A DNA stretch of 64,000 nt from Nemertoderma westbladi (taxonomy: Eukaryota; Animalia; Xenacoelomorpha), in NCBI GenBank assembly GCA_032718475.1, contig JAUCBJ010009158.1:1-64000 (forward strand), written 5' to 3'. The translations under genes and the position numbers were made by a program. Within the stretch, counting starts at the first letter, position 1. Each line of letters opens with the position of its first letter. The notes beneath the pieces were generated by a model, which was not told the origin of the DNA, made no database searches, and was given only the letters and a program-made list of their open reading frames with translations. Positions 48,201 to 60,400 of this stretch are shown here, in pieces.

Positions 48201-50130
48201 CTCTACCTTACATGTTGCTGGTTTCTTTTCTGTTAAACTTAAACAACATCAACACAGTTGGCTTCCATGCGAGTTAGAGGCTTTAGCCATCGCTGCTGCT
48301 GTCACCCACTTTGCACCATATATAGTTGCTTCGAGTAAACCATCCCGGGTTCTTACTGACAGCAAACCCTGTGTCGATGCTTTTCAGAAACTCTCACGTG
48401 GAGCATACTCAAGTAGTCCACGACTTTCTACCTTCCTTACTGTCGCAAGCCAATATCTAGTTTCCATCGCACACATCAAGGGTTCGTCTAACCTTCCAGC
48501 CGACTTTCAAAGTCGCAATGTAGTTCAATGTGACCTCCAGTCATGTCAGGTATGTTCATTTGTAGCTGATACTGCTCCCTCACCAGTAATCCGTAGTACA
48601 CCTCATGTTCTCACTCCCATAACCCCACCTGTCCAATCTCCAAGTCTTCCCAACCAAACCTGTTCACTGCCTCAACCCCAACTACTTACGGCAGAGAGTC
48701 GTCCCCTCTATGCAAGTCGATCAGCTTGGTTGGTTACTCAGCAAGAGTGCCCTGACCTGCGGCGTACCCATGCCCATCTGCTACAAGGAACCCGCCCAAC
48801 TAAGAAGGATACTCATAGTCGTGACATTAAACGTTACCTTGGCTGTTGTACTGTTGCTCGTGATGGCTTAATTGTTGTCAAGCGGGAACGTCCCTTTTCC
48901 ATGCCAGTTGAGCATATTTTAGTTCCCAGGCACTCACTTTTGGGTCTCCTTACCTCTTTACATTTAGAGTTGCAACACCCTTCAAAGGCCCAATTGCGAT
49001 CTATGTTTACTCGCTACTTCCATGCCTTAGATATAGACCGTTCTATCACTGCTGTGTCCAGCCAGTGTCACCAATGCGTTTCATTATCTACTGCCCCCCG
49101 ACGTGTTATTCCCCAGTCCACAGGTGAACCTCCTGCCACTTTAGGAATTTCATTTGCTGCAGACGTAGTTCGTCGTCACTCACAATACATCCTTCTCTTA
49201 CGTGAGTGTACTTCTAGTTTTACAGCCACTTGCATTATTCCAGATGAACGCCATGAAACACTGCGTGATGCTCTTATAGTACTAGGATCTGGATTATGTC
49301 CCCTAACTGGCCCATGTGCCATTATCCGTACAGATCCTGCACCTGGATTTCAGGCCCTCGTTGATGACCCCATTCTTGTCCAACATCGACTCCGTATTGA
49401 GATAGGTCGCCGTAAGAATCCTGATAAAAATCCAGTTGCAGAACGTGCGATACAAGAACTTTTAATGGAATTACACAAGCTTCGTCCTTCAGGTGGCCCT
49501 TACTCATCAACAATTATTGCGATAGCTACTGCTAATCTTAATTCCAGATTACGATCACCAGGCCTATCAGCGCAAGAGATCCTATTTCAAAGGGATCAAT
49601 TTACCGGGGAACAGATCCCCATCTGCGATCTTGACCTGATTGACCAACAACATGACCGTCGATCGGCTAATCACCTCCCAAGTGCTCAATCCAAGACTCC
49701 CAAGCCTATGAAGAATGTTCCCCAACACTCCATCTCCGTTGGTGATTTAGTATACCTATACGCCGATCCTGTAGCTCTACGTTCTCGACCTCGGTATATC
49801 GTTGCCACAGTGGATGGTGATTGGTGTTCTGTGAGAAAGTTTGTGGGCAATCAGTTACGTGCCCATGCTTACCGTGTCCGTAAAGCTGATTGCTTCCTTG
49901 TTCCATCTATGCCCACTCTTACTACCATCGATAATGATCCTAATTCATCTGATGAGGATCTCTCTGCCGAGTATACGTCACCAACAACTAGTCCAGATGG
50001 ATGCGTTGATACTGCTGTTGAACCCATCCCCAGTATGGACAACGATACTCTGTTTCGTAACGTGGATGGCGAATATTCGTTATCACCACCTATTCCCAAT
50101 AAGTCTCCTCCACGTCTCGAGAGATATTAA
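45298..50130 (+). pseudogene. pol: Gypsy-3 gag-pol with frameshifts near 45475 and 47095
   Basis: CPLC..HFLSNC knuckle; LIDSGAESN protease; SDLTSAFFQIPL, MGMPGSE and KLADD RT; IVTDAAS, CELEAL and LTDSKP RNase H; H-x4-H..CHQC, AADV, RTDPA and VAERAIQE integrase. Confidence 0.93.
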
Positions 50131-50631
50131 ATTCCTCATAATTTTACCTCTATATACTTAGTACGCTAATAGTTTGCTTAGTTTCTTTGTTATTGGTCTA
50201 CTTATACTCATGAAGTCAAGCCAGTCAAACTCCTCATTCATTGATTTGCTTTTAATTTGTATCACACTTTAGACTCAAGATTACTCCTTCTCTAGTGATA
50301 TATACATCTATCACACTTGCGGTATATTACGCCTTTTGCTTCTCTTAATTATATCATTTCCGTTGATATCTTGCATTTATAGATATATATAGGATAGGTG
50401 TAGCAGTTCACCCAATATATTATTTTTGTTACGCACTGAGTTATCTATCTGAATCATTGGTACAATGTTATGCAACACTAAGGCGCTTTGTGTCATACCG
50501 ATAACTTTTAGTTATGACTTACATGATTCGTTTACTTTTTGGATACTTGCAATTACATATATAATTGAGTTAGATCTTGTGGTTATAGTATCTTTAGTGT
50601 TTATAGCTTCGCTATGTAGAAAAAGGAATTA

Positions 50632-50986
50632 CGCCAGACCCGACCCAGTACACTGTTGGTGTAATTGATCCAGCAGTTCAACTACGCGTAGCCCTAGTTC
50701 ACATGCACACAGCATGGATATGTATATATATGCTTACCGGTACCTACCGCCATCTTTATGCATTTGCTGTTTACCTACTGCTGTACTGGTTAGCAAAGTA
50801 GTACTTACCTTTACCGGTCTGTTGCACATTACCTGATTACCGTGTACCGGTACCGCTGCTGTGCTGTGGTGTTATCTTATATATATACACTATATCAGTT
50901 ATATGATTATTATCTATCCTATCTGATATCAGTTGTTGTTGTTACAACCAACCTACAGTTACCAGGTTACCCTTTTACCTTTGGCG
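50632..50986 (+). repeat. Gypsy-3 3' LTR with CGCCA..TGGCG termini
   Basis: Begins 3 nt after the PPT. Right end is fixed by divergence from the 5' LTR exactly at the PBS. Left end is inferred from the terminal inverted repeat. Confidence 0.8.
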
Positions 50987-51138
50987 GAAGATGAAAAGAA
51001 AAAGAGAGATGAGCGTGATATATTAAAGACAAAACAGACAATGGAAAATAAATTTCATAAAGTTATGAATATTTTGAAAGGAATACAAAAACAGAAAATG
51101 AAGAAAATTTGAGTGAGAAAGAGGAATAGGACAATGAG

Positions 51139-52119
51139 ATGGAGAATGAAAATAGTGAGGGTCAGGATGAAGTTGAAGAGAGTGAGGTTGAGAACGAAGA
51201 AAGTGAAGATCAGGAAGAGGACAAAGAAAGTAAAGGTCAGGAGGAGGGTGAAGAAAGCGAAGGTCAGGTAGAGAATGAAGAAAGTGAAGAACAGGAAGAG
51301 GATGAAGATAGTGAAGAACAGGAAGAGGATGAAGAATGCGAAGGTGGGGAAGAGGATGAAGAAAGTGACGGCCAGAAAGAGGATGAAGAAAGTGAAGGTC
51401 AGGAAGAGGACAAAGAAAGTGAAGGTCAGGAAGAGGGTGAAGAAAGCGAAGGTCTGGAAGAGAATGAAGAAAGTGAAGGTCAGGAAGAGGGTGAAGAAAG
51501 TGAAGAACATGAAGAGGATGAAGAATGCGAAGGTGGGGAAGATGATGAAGAAAGTGAAGGTCAGGAAGAGGACGAAGAAAGTGAGGAACAAGAAAATAAA
51601 GAAAGTGATGAACAAGAAGATGAAGAAAGTGAAGATCAGGAAAGTGAAGAAGAGGATGAAAATGATAATAATGAGGAAATATTGAGACAATTACTCGGAA
51701 ATAAGAATAAATTGCTGACAATTATTAAACATTTGAAGGAAAATGAATTAAATAAAGAGGTTACATTGACCCAAGTTCTAGGAAGTAAAATTAAATTACA
51801 GAAATTTATTAAACATTTAGAAGAGAATGATGAAAATAAAGAAGAGATATTGAGACAAATATTAGGAAACAAAAATCAAATGCGGAAATTTATTAAACAA
51901 ATGGAAGAAAATGAGGAAAATAGAGAAGAGATATTAAGACAGGTTCTGGGAAATAAAAGTAAATTACTGAAAATTATTGAACAATTGAATAAAATTAAGA
52001 AACAGTTGGGTAATGAGGAAGATGAAACTAAAGTAAATCAACCAGCTTTTACTAATTTTCGAAGACCTATGATAAAAAACTCTCGTTCAGTAAATGCCCG
52101 CGCAGGACGACGCTATTGA
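51139..52119 (+). CDS. Uncharacterised acidic repeat protein (9-aa EEDEESEGQ repeats plus four 28-aa helical repeats); probably the 3' part of a disrupted gene
   Basis: 326 open codons. The 28-aa repeats keep the motif ExILRQxLGNKxKLxKxIxxL despite nucleotide divergence. Coding-like sequence continues upstream to the LTR at 50987 across a stop and frameshift. Confidence 0.55.
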   Translation: MENENSEGQDEVEESEVENEESEDQEEDKESKGQEEGEESEGQVENEESEEQEEDEDSEEQEEDEECEGGEEDEESDGQKEDEESEGQEEDKESEGQEEGEESEGLEENEESEGQEEGEESEEHEEDEECEGGEDDEESEGQEEDEESEEQENKESDEQEDEESEDQESEEEDENDNNEEILRQLLGNKNKLLTIIKHLKENELNKEVTLTQVLGSKIKLQKFIKHLEENDENKEEILRQILGNKNQMRKFIKQMEENEENREEILRQVLGNKSKLLKIIEQLNKIKKQLGNEEDETKVNQPAFTNFRRPMIKNSRSVNARAGRRY

Positions 52120-52147
52120 CATTTGTTTGTTTGAGTTCCTTTCATAA

Positions 52148-52315
52148 TAGTATTAGGGCTATTTATCCAAAACAATTATATTAGTATTAGGACTATTTAT
52201 CCATAACAATTATATTAGTATTAGGACTATTTATCCATAATAATTATATTAGTATTATAAATGTATTTACCCCACAATATTTATTACTATTAGGTCTATT
52301 TATTCAAGAAATTAT
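52148..52315. repeat. ~34-bp AT-rich tandem repeat, 3 good and ~2 degenerate copies
   Basis: TAGTATTAGGACTATTTATCCATAACAATTATAT units. Confidence 0.85.
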
Positions 52316-52634
52316 ATGTTTTTATAATATACTTTGGAGAATTAGTCGACTAAGTCATAATTTTTAAAACTTTAAATAAGGGTTGAGTAATTTTATAAAG
52401 TTAAGAAGAGTGAATCAATGGAGGCAACCTGAAGTCTAATCTCTTGGCCTTTAATCACATTAACTCCCAAGGTTGCATACTATCACTATAGCTGGGAGAG
52501 TCGAAGCTAGTGTACACTAGAGACAGCCAAGAGATAGGAAAAATAATAATGCTCTTCTAGGGTTCGAACTCACGAAGTTCTAATTAGAAAACTAAGCAAA
52601 TGATCAGCTTGAAGGACTTAGACCCTTAATCTGA

Positions 52635-53037
52635 GCCTCAGTGAGGCATAGTCTGTGCCTCATTACCTCAGTGAGGCATAGTCTGTGCCTCAGTGAGGCA
52701 TAGTCTGTGCCTCAATGCCTCAGTGAGGCATATTCTGTGCCTTAAATCCACAGTGAGGCATAGTCCATGCTTCAGTGCCTCAGTGAGACATAGTCTGTGC
52801 CTCAGTGCCTAGGTGAGGCATAGTCTGTGCCTCAGTGCCTCAGTGAGGAATAGTGTGTGCCTCAGTGCCTCAGTGAGGCATAGTCTGTGCATCAGTGCCT
52901 CAGTGAGGCATAGTCTGTGCCTCAGTGCCGCAGTGAGGCATAGTCTGTGCCTCAGTGAGGCATAGTCTGTGCCTCAGTGCCTCAGTGAGGCATAGTCTGT
53001 GCCTCAGTGCCTCAGTGAGGCATAGTCTGTGCCTCAG
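52635..53037. repeat. Palindromic minisatellite, ~14 units of 30 bp (some 22 bp)
   Basis: Unit CAGTGAGGCATAGTCTGTGCCTCAGTGCCT, built from TGCCTCA/TGAGGCA inverted heptamers. Confidence 0.93.
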
Positions 53038-53089
53038 GTCTTAAATCTCAAGTCTGTCCCTTTAGGAGTGCCTCAGGTCTTAAATCCGA

Positions 53090-53970
53090 GTCTTTAGCAG
53101 CAGGCTGGAGAACTGCGGACCGATCAACCTCCTCAGTAAAGTATAGCCTATGTCATAGTTGATGCCTACCAAGTTTCAGCCTAAATGGATTAAAAACAAA
53201 CAATCAAATGAGATCAGGTTTTCACTTTGAGAGATTTCGCCCTCTAGCGGCAGACTGGGGAACTTCAGACCACTCTACGACTCCGTAAAAGATATAGCCT
53301 ATGCTGCAGTAGATGCCTACCGAGTTTAAACCTAAGGGGATTGTAAATAGCAAAGTTAGAGAAGATGTTAATTTTCAGATAATATGCCCTCTAGCGGCAG
53401 ACTATAGAACTGCAGATGTCTGGATATAGGTAAGAGTAATTAGTAATCAGAGGTGTCACGAGAGGGGGCGGGGCGCTTGGATACAACTAGTATTAAAACC
53501 TGCTGCTTTGTTAAGGCAAATTGGGGGTCAAAGGTCAACGATTAAGCTGTCTGGATATAGATAAGAGTAATTAGTTACCAGTAAGGGAGCTATACCTTAG
53601 GGCTAAATATAGCGAAGCGGTGTCAACAATGACGTCATTCGTTAAGTAATTTATAAACTAATTATTGGTAAATCTAAAATTAGAAATTAAAATTAATTTA
53701 AANNNNNNNNNNNNNNNNNNNNNNNNNNNNNNNNNNNNNNNNNNNNNNNNNNNNNNNNNNNNNNNNNNNNNNNNNNNNNNNNNNNNNNNNNNNNNNNNNN
53801 NNTGATTTATGGCAGATGGTATTACTACATCGATAGATACATACAACACATTAGATAGATACATACATACACATTAGATACATACAGACATACATACTGT
53901 GTACACACTTAGATAGATAAATACACACCAAAACTCAAAAAAATACCCCGCCTATACGAGACGGGTTCAT
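53090..53970 (+). repeat. ~148-bp degenerate tandem units and, after the gap, a GATA/CATA microsatellite plus terminal hairpin; Helentron/DINE-1-like non-autonomous element(s)
   Basis: GCCCTCTAGCGGCAGACT at 53239 and 53386; GATGCCTACCRAGTTT repeated; microsatellite 53830-53920 followed by the CCCGCCT-ATACG-AGACGGG hairpin. Continuity across the gap is unknown. Confidence 0.5.
53703..53802. other. Assembly gap (100 N)
   Basis: Run of exactly 100 N, usually a placeholder of unknown size. Confidence 0.99.
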
Positions 53971-54418
53971 AATTTACCATTTCTTAAAGGTTGTATTGAT
54001 AGAATGGAGAAACTACCGTTCTATTGGTCGCTATACTTTTAGGCCTATGCTAATTTTGCAGTTTTCTGGGCTGCAAGGCCTGTTAGTAAAGGTTGCCTTG
54101 GGAAGAGGTCAGCAGCTGGATATGTCCAAGGATTCTTTAACTCCTTAGGGCGACTGGAAACTCAGTTATTCCGAGGACAGTTAGAACCTCAAGCACAGGG
54201 ACCACTTCTGTATCAAGTGAGGGAGCGGATATTAAGAATTAGGTTAATTTTGTCGGCATTCGAAGAAGCCTCAAAGAGGATTCAAGATATATCACTGCGC
54301 GTGGCAGTAAAGATCTGGTTTCAATGAATCAATGACAAAGTTCATGGAACAACTACATGGAGAGCTGAGTTAGCAGATCAACTCGTTTACAGAGAATCCA
54401 CTGACACCATTCTTTCGT

Positions 54419-57400
54419 ATGGAGAAGGCGACCGAAGGGCAACCAAAGAAAGACGCTATCGACATTTATTTGTCTGATTACCAGCGATTCATAGGAGACC
54501 AGGAGTTAAGGAGACGTCCAGCTGGACTACACCCATGTAGTGAAGCAGCACAAAATATATTAGATGTACTGGACTTAGAAATGCTAGCCGCAGAGCAGGG
54601 TAAAGAAGACGAAAGAGCTCTCCTAGCATTAGAGAAAGCTAGAGAAGTGAAGCGGAGATTAATCGACAAGAAAGCGAAGAGAGAGGTTGAAGCAGCTGAG
54701 GCAAAGGTGAAAAGAGAGGCTGCAGCAGCAGAAGCATCAAGAGAGGCTGCAATGGAGGAAGCGAAAGGAGTGGCTGCAGCAGCCACAGCCAAAGCGTTAT
54801 CCCAACTGGATTTAGAGACTATCCAAAACAGACAGGAACTACTACGAAAACAAAGAGAAACGGCTCAGGCACAACTCAGAAGCCGATCAACTCCCAAAAG
54901 ACACGGATTTATTACCTCCTCAAATGAAAGGTACGACGACAGAATCGGAATGTAGGAGTTATAAATCCAATTCAAATGGATGTAGACGAGCTCCCATAGG
55001 ACACAAGTTACCCAATTTGCCCCCTCTGGTGAGAAGATAATTGGCGAGCACAGATTTAAAGTCTGGCGAGTTAATAACCCAGGTAGTAGAATCTGATAGG
55101 CTTCCCACTATTCTAGATGAGCCTGAAGTATTTAAGCCTGTTTAACCCTATTACCACTGGGGTGTTTTGACCATTAGCACCACTGGGGGGGGGGGGGCCG
55201 ATTCGGCCCACCCACTATATTTTTGTAGTCGTCCAATGAAATCCTACAAAATTTGGGCTGTTGGTGAAACAACTATAGATGAACACTACCAAACCTTAAA
55301 AAATTAAAATTTTATAAGCAGGGATTCATAATTTTGATGAAAAATAAAAGTAGTCCCAGGACAAAAATTACAAAATTTTTCGTTTTCTAAAAACTAATAG
55401 TGTGGCAGTGTTGGCTAGATTTAGTAGGTTTTTCAAGACGCTGAATCGAATGTGATTATATTCCACTTCCAAAAATTGAAGTGGATGCTATTTTTCGTGC
55501 ACCTAAGAAGTGGGCGTGGCACTTCAAATTTTGAAAAATTAGATATTCAGAAAATGCCCCTAATTTTTTTATTTCAACGCATCTTTATGGGTTTTCTGGG
55601 CCGCTGAATCGATTGCAAGTAATATAGAAGCCTGACGACTGCGTGGTTCGCCATTTTTGGTGCACCAAAATTAGGGCGTGGCACTTCAAATTTTGAAAAA
55701 TACGAGATTCAGAAAATAAACCAAAATTGAAATTTTAACGAATTTATATAGGTTTTCCAGACCGCTGAATCGATTGAAAGTAATATAGAAGCCTGAAGAC
55801 TTAGAAGTTAGCCATTTTTTGAAATCAAAACTTTAGTGTTTTTTCCGAATAAAGTAATTTTGAAAATTTGAAGTGCCACGCCCTAATTTTGGTGCATCGA
55901 AAATTACGTACACAAAGGATTTGAGGCTTCTATATTACTTTCAATCGATTCAGCGCTCCAGAAAACCTATAAAATTAATTTGAAATCAAAACTTTAGTGT
56001 ATTTTCCGAATCTCGTATTTTTCAAAATTTGAAGTGCCACGCCCTAATTTTGGTGCACCAAAAATGGCGAACCACTACACTTACATACTTGTATAGAGCA
56101 TTAGAGTGATCCAAACCAATAAAAATAAATAAAAATAGCCCAAACATAAATAATTACTAAATCACGAATGACTTTGTAAAATTCGAAAATTTCAAAAAAT
56201 TTGGTGCTGGAGACCAAATTTTGAGGTGGCACTCACATCGAAAAGTAGAAATCCAATTGCAACGGCGTTTTTTGCAAAAGATGCGGCATTAAATTTGGCT
56301 AATTCTCACAAAAAATTGGGCCGGTACGTAATGTGGTTGCATAGTTACAGCAACTAAAAACTAGGAAGGGGCCGATTCGGCCCCCCCCAGTGGTAATAGG
56401 GTTAAGTCTACTCCATTAGTGTAGACTCCTTTACTGTTTGAACCCGACTCTAAATTCCCTTTAGAAAGTACCAATCCACCATTGACCAGTAGCCAAATCC
56501 CAGTAGCCCAGATTGGTAGTAAGCCTGGAGAACGAAAATCGTTCGGGCAAGGGTTGTCCCCCGTCACCCTGATGGGCAATACAGCCACTCCATTGGCATC
56601 TCCCGCACCAGCGGTGGAGTGGATGGAGGAAGGGTGGCGGGAGATAGGCGACCTTCTCTGGCTGTTAGCCCAAAATAAAGTGAAATCTTGTTGAGTGAAA
56701 TCAGTTGAGGGATTTGGAAGGTACTGCAACTCACTGAAAGGAACAGTACAAGATAATAAAATAGAGTTACAAGAAGTACAGCAACGCTTCGCTCTAGAAA
56801 GTGATAAGTTAGTAAATATAAAAAGGGTATACCACCACCCCCTATAACTGCATTTCAACCTCTTAGGTCTGAATCATATCATGCGCAAGGTGTAGAGTCT
56901 ATACGCATTTATACTGATAGTGAAGTGGAAACTCCAAAAGTAAACCATACTAATGATTTTAATAAACCAACTTATAATGATATCCCATATGTGCCTGACA
57001 ATAATTCAAGAAATATATAGTTGGATAATTCGATATTGAATAACATTATGGCTCAGGAGAGTTTTATGCATCAGATGGCTAGAATGGAAGCCCGTCAAGC
57101 CGTAAAGGTGGGAGAGGTCATCAAGTTTAACAGAGATGAGATGAAGTGGCTACCTTTTAATGAATATTATAAGGACAACATACAAAACTCTGTATTATCA
57201 AACTGAGAAAAGTTACAATTCCTCATCGAGTGCTTGGAAGGTCCTCCTAAATTGATGCCGTTAAAGTTCATCGGACATCGTGACGGATTAAGACAAGTTT
57301 GGGATATACTCAATATCAGGTATGGTAATAGGACTAACATAGCTAGATACTTGTATGCGAAATTAGTAGCACCCAGGATATTCCACAGTAATGGAATCAT

Positions 57401-60400
57401 AGAGTTTTCTGATGAGGTTCAGGAGATCTGTAGACAGTTAGACTGGTTAGGTAAATCTCACAAGTACCAAAGTTCTATGGTAGTAGGAGCTGTTCTTTGC
57501 CAAAGGGCGGAGTAAGTACGAGTTTGGATAAAAAGGTTCTATACTTTGAGGACCAGCAGAAGAGAGATCCTACAACGGCAGAGTTATGTCTTTTCTAACA
57601 GGAGAGGTAAGAATACAGCTAATTAAACAGTCTAGAGAGAAGACTCCTGAAACTAAGGTAAGCGAGAAACCAGTTGCAGGAAAAGAGTAACTCCTGTATG
57701 TTACACTGAGTATGAGAGCCAAACCTCATATGATGAGGACAGCGTACAAGACACTGCCAACGTCTATTACACAAATAAAGGTAAGGACATAGGAAAACCT
57801 AACGTTCAGCATAATAATAAAAAGGGAGAACAACTTAAGACTCCTCCAACGTCCCCCAAGAGGAATCCCAATAAGAAGCCCGAAGAAAGAACTCGTGTGC
57901 AGAACACAGTTCAACAAAGGTAACCAATCTTAAGCCTAAGTGTGTGTCATGCGAAGGTCCCCATCATTTAAGTGAGTGTGAGGAATTCTTGAAGAAAGAC
58001 CTTAGGGACAGGCGTAGTGTAACTTGGGATAAGAGGTTATATTACAATTGTCTGAGGAGAGGGCATCAGAGGAGAACTTGCTATTCAGACGCTAGGTGCG
58101 CTAAATGTGGAGCTAAACATCACTCGTTATTACATAGCCAGTTTGATAAGGTGAGTGAAACAGAGTTGCATGTCCAGTTCAGCGACGTGAATGACACGGA
58201 CCAGAGTTCGGAGTTCGGAGGATTCTATGCAGACTAGGTTTCTGATGAAAATGAATCCTGTTACATGAACAACATAGCCGTATATAGAGCCCTTACCCAT
58301 GAGGTGACAACCGATGGAGAGGAAATCCAACTACCCATTCCAGATAAACATCTCTCGTGGAAGGTCTCACAACCATCTATTGGCATAAAATAATTTCCCG
58401 TGGTGCAGCTCAGGATACATAGACAAGGTAAGCGTTTCATTATTAACACCCTCCTTGATTCAGGTAGTACAGGCACCTTTATTGACAAAGATTTAGCCAA
58501 GGATATATCTGCAGGCCAGGAGAAATTTCAAACTAAGCTTAACCTCTCCGGGATCATCCAGGTATGGAAATCTACCATATCGACGGACTTCTATATGGGA
58601 TCATTATCTACACCACAGGATAATTCTAGTAAGAACAGTCTAAGGTCTATTAAAATGGTAGCTATTAAGAACTTTGCTGCCAGTCAGGTAGAACCTTATA
58701 ACTGGGACGAAGACACCTTTGCCCAGTGGTACAGAGTTCCCAGAATCAAGACTGACTATCCTGGAGTCCAGATGCTACTCGGACAGAATGCACATGAAGC
58801 GCGAGAGACACTTGAGAAGAGACCTACTAAACCACAACCTCTACAAACTTACGCGGGACGGACCAGAGTCGGTTGGTACTTCACGGGACCATCCAGACGC
58901 ACTCACCGAGAAAGAATGGAAGGAGTACACATTAACCAGGTATTTGAGAGTGTAGAAACTGTGAACGACGAGGTCATTTCAGCTGAGGAACCTCCATGCT
59001 CCTCAGATAATGACAACATCCAAATATTGTATGAGGAGGACAATACGATCGAACCCCTCACCAAAAATCAAACTTGGACAAACCAAACCGAACTGTATTA
59101 TTTAATACAACAGAACAATTAACTGTTTGCCTAAGAGGATGACGAGCTAAACGAGGTAGTGGGACGATATAACTCTAAACTGAGAGATGAACATGCAGTG
59201 TGATTCTTTACCCAAGAGGCTGTGGATGTGGAACCTAACTCTTACGATAGAGCCCTATCTGTAGAGGAGGAGAGAGCTAAACAATTCCAAGGGACGATTA
59301 TCAAGGAGGCTCGTTATATCAAGGAGGAGGGTCCTTACAAGATCGGTTTACCTTTCCAGAAGCGAGAACCTAGCTTCATCAATAATCGACCATTAGCCAT
59401 CAAAAGTCAATCAACTGCACCGACGCTTATCATCGAACAATAAAGCTAAGGAAATGTACAAGACCCAATTAAACTAGTTCATAGATGAGGGATACGCGGA
59501 GCGAGTTCCGATAGAAACACCAGTAACGTAGAGAACAAATTATCTAACTCACCACTACGTTCCCAAACCCGGTAAACCGAACAAAGTCCGGGTGGTGTTT
59601 GACGGCTCCGCCTTGTATAAGTGACAGTCCCTAAACTTTGAGTTGTTGCCGGGACCCAACTTACTTCAATTGCTGTTGGGAACATTACAACGACTCCAGC
59701 AGTACTCCATCGCATTTGCCTCCTTCATTGAAGGCATGTTTCTACAAGTCAAAGCATTGTAACAAGATCGAGATAGCTTACGGTTCTTGTGATGGCTGGA
59801 AGGAGACTTCGACAAAGAACCGGTCGAGTACTGGATGACTATCTAGGCCTTCAGCATTATCTCTAGTCCATCTAATGCTGGCTCGGTAGTGCGTACCACT
59901 GCTGACGAAAATTGAGATGCCTTTCCCAAAGCGGTCATCGATAACATAAAACGTGACATCTACATGGACGACAACCTCAAATCCCTGCCTATAGTGGAAG
60001 AAGCAATCGAGGTTGGCAAGGGAATGGTAGAGTGTCTTCAATGCGGTGGTTTCCAGTTAACTAAATTCACCAGCAACTCCCGTGAGTTTCTGGAGGCGAT
60101 CCCAGAAGAATAATGAGGTGTTAAAGATCTGGACCTCATTAAAGACGACCTCCCAGAAACAAAAACCCTCGGTTTAAAGTGGGATACAGAGAGGGATATT
60201 TTGTTCTTCCAATTAAAACAATGCAATAATCCTGTTCGTACTAAGAGGATTTGCCTAAGTAGTCTGAGCACGTATTTCGATCCGTTGGGATTTATTAGTC
60301 CTATAATGCTAGTTGCTCGGAATCTAGTCCAACAAATGTGGCTCGAAAACCACTCTTGGGATGATCCACTTAAGGGAGAACTGTTAAAGAAGTGGATAGA

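Larger units (their letters stand above)
44632..50986 (+). mobile_element. Gypsy-like LTR retrotransposon (Gypsy-3, LADD-type RT); 5' LTR clipped by ~15 bp
   Basis: 340-bp direct repeats identical by eye (44632-44971, 50647-50986). tRNA-Leu PBS at 44972, PPT AGAAAAAGGAA at 50618-50628, gag-PR-RT-RH-IN. No TSD recoverable. Confidence 0.94.

Noticed and set aside
51023-51721. His/Leu/Pro-rich, Phe-rich and Lys-rich ORFs (51023-51721, 51055-51690, 51275-51685)
   Set aside because: Shadow frames of the 27-nt purine-rich repeat; only the 51139 frame extends into the non-simple 28-aa repeats.
52540-52620. tRNA or tRNA-derived SINE (GAGTTCGAACC B-box on the minus strand)
   Set aside because: No convincing A-box or cloverleaf.
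52635-53037. CRISPR array (30-bp palindromic repeats)
   Set aside because: Units are head-to-tail with no unique spacers, there are no cas genes, and the context is eukaryotic.
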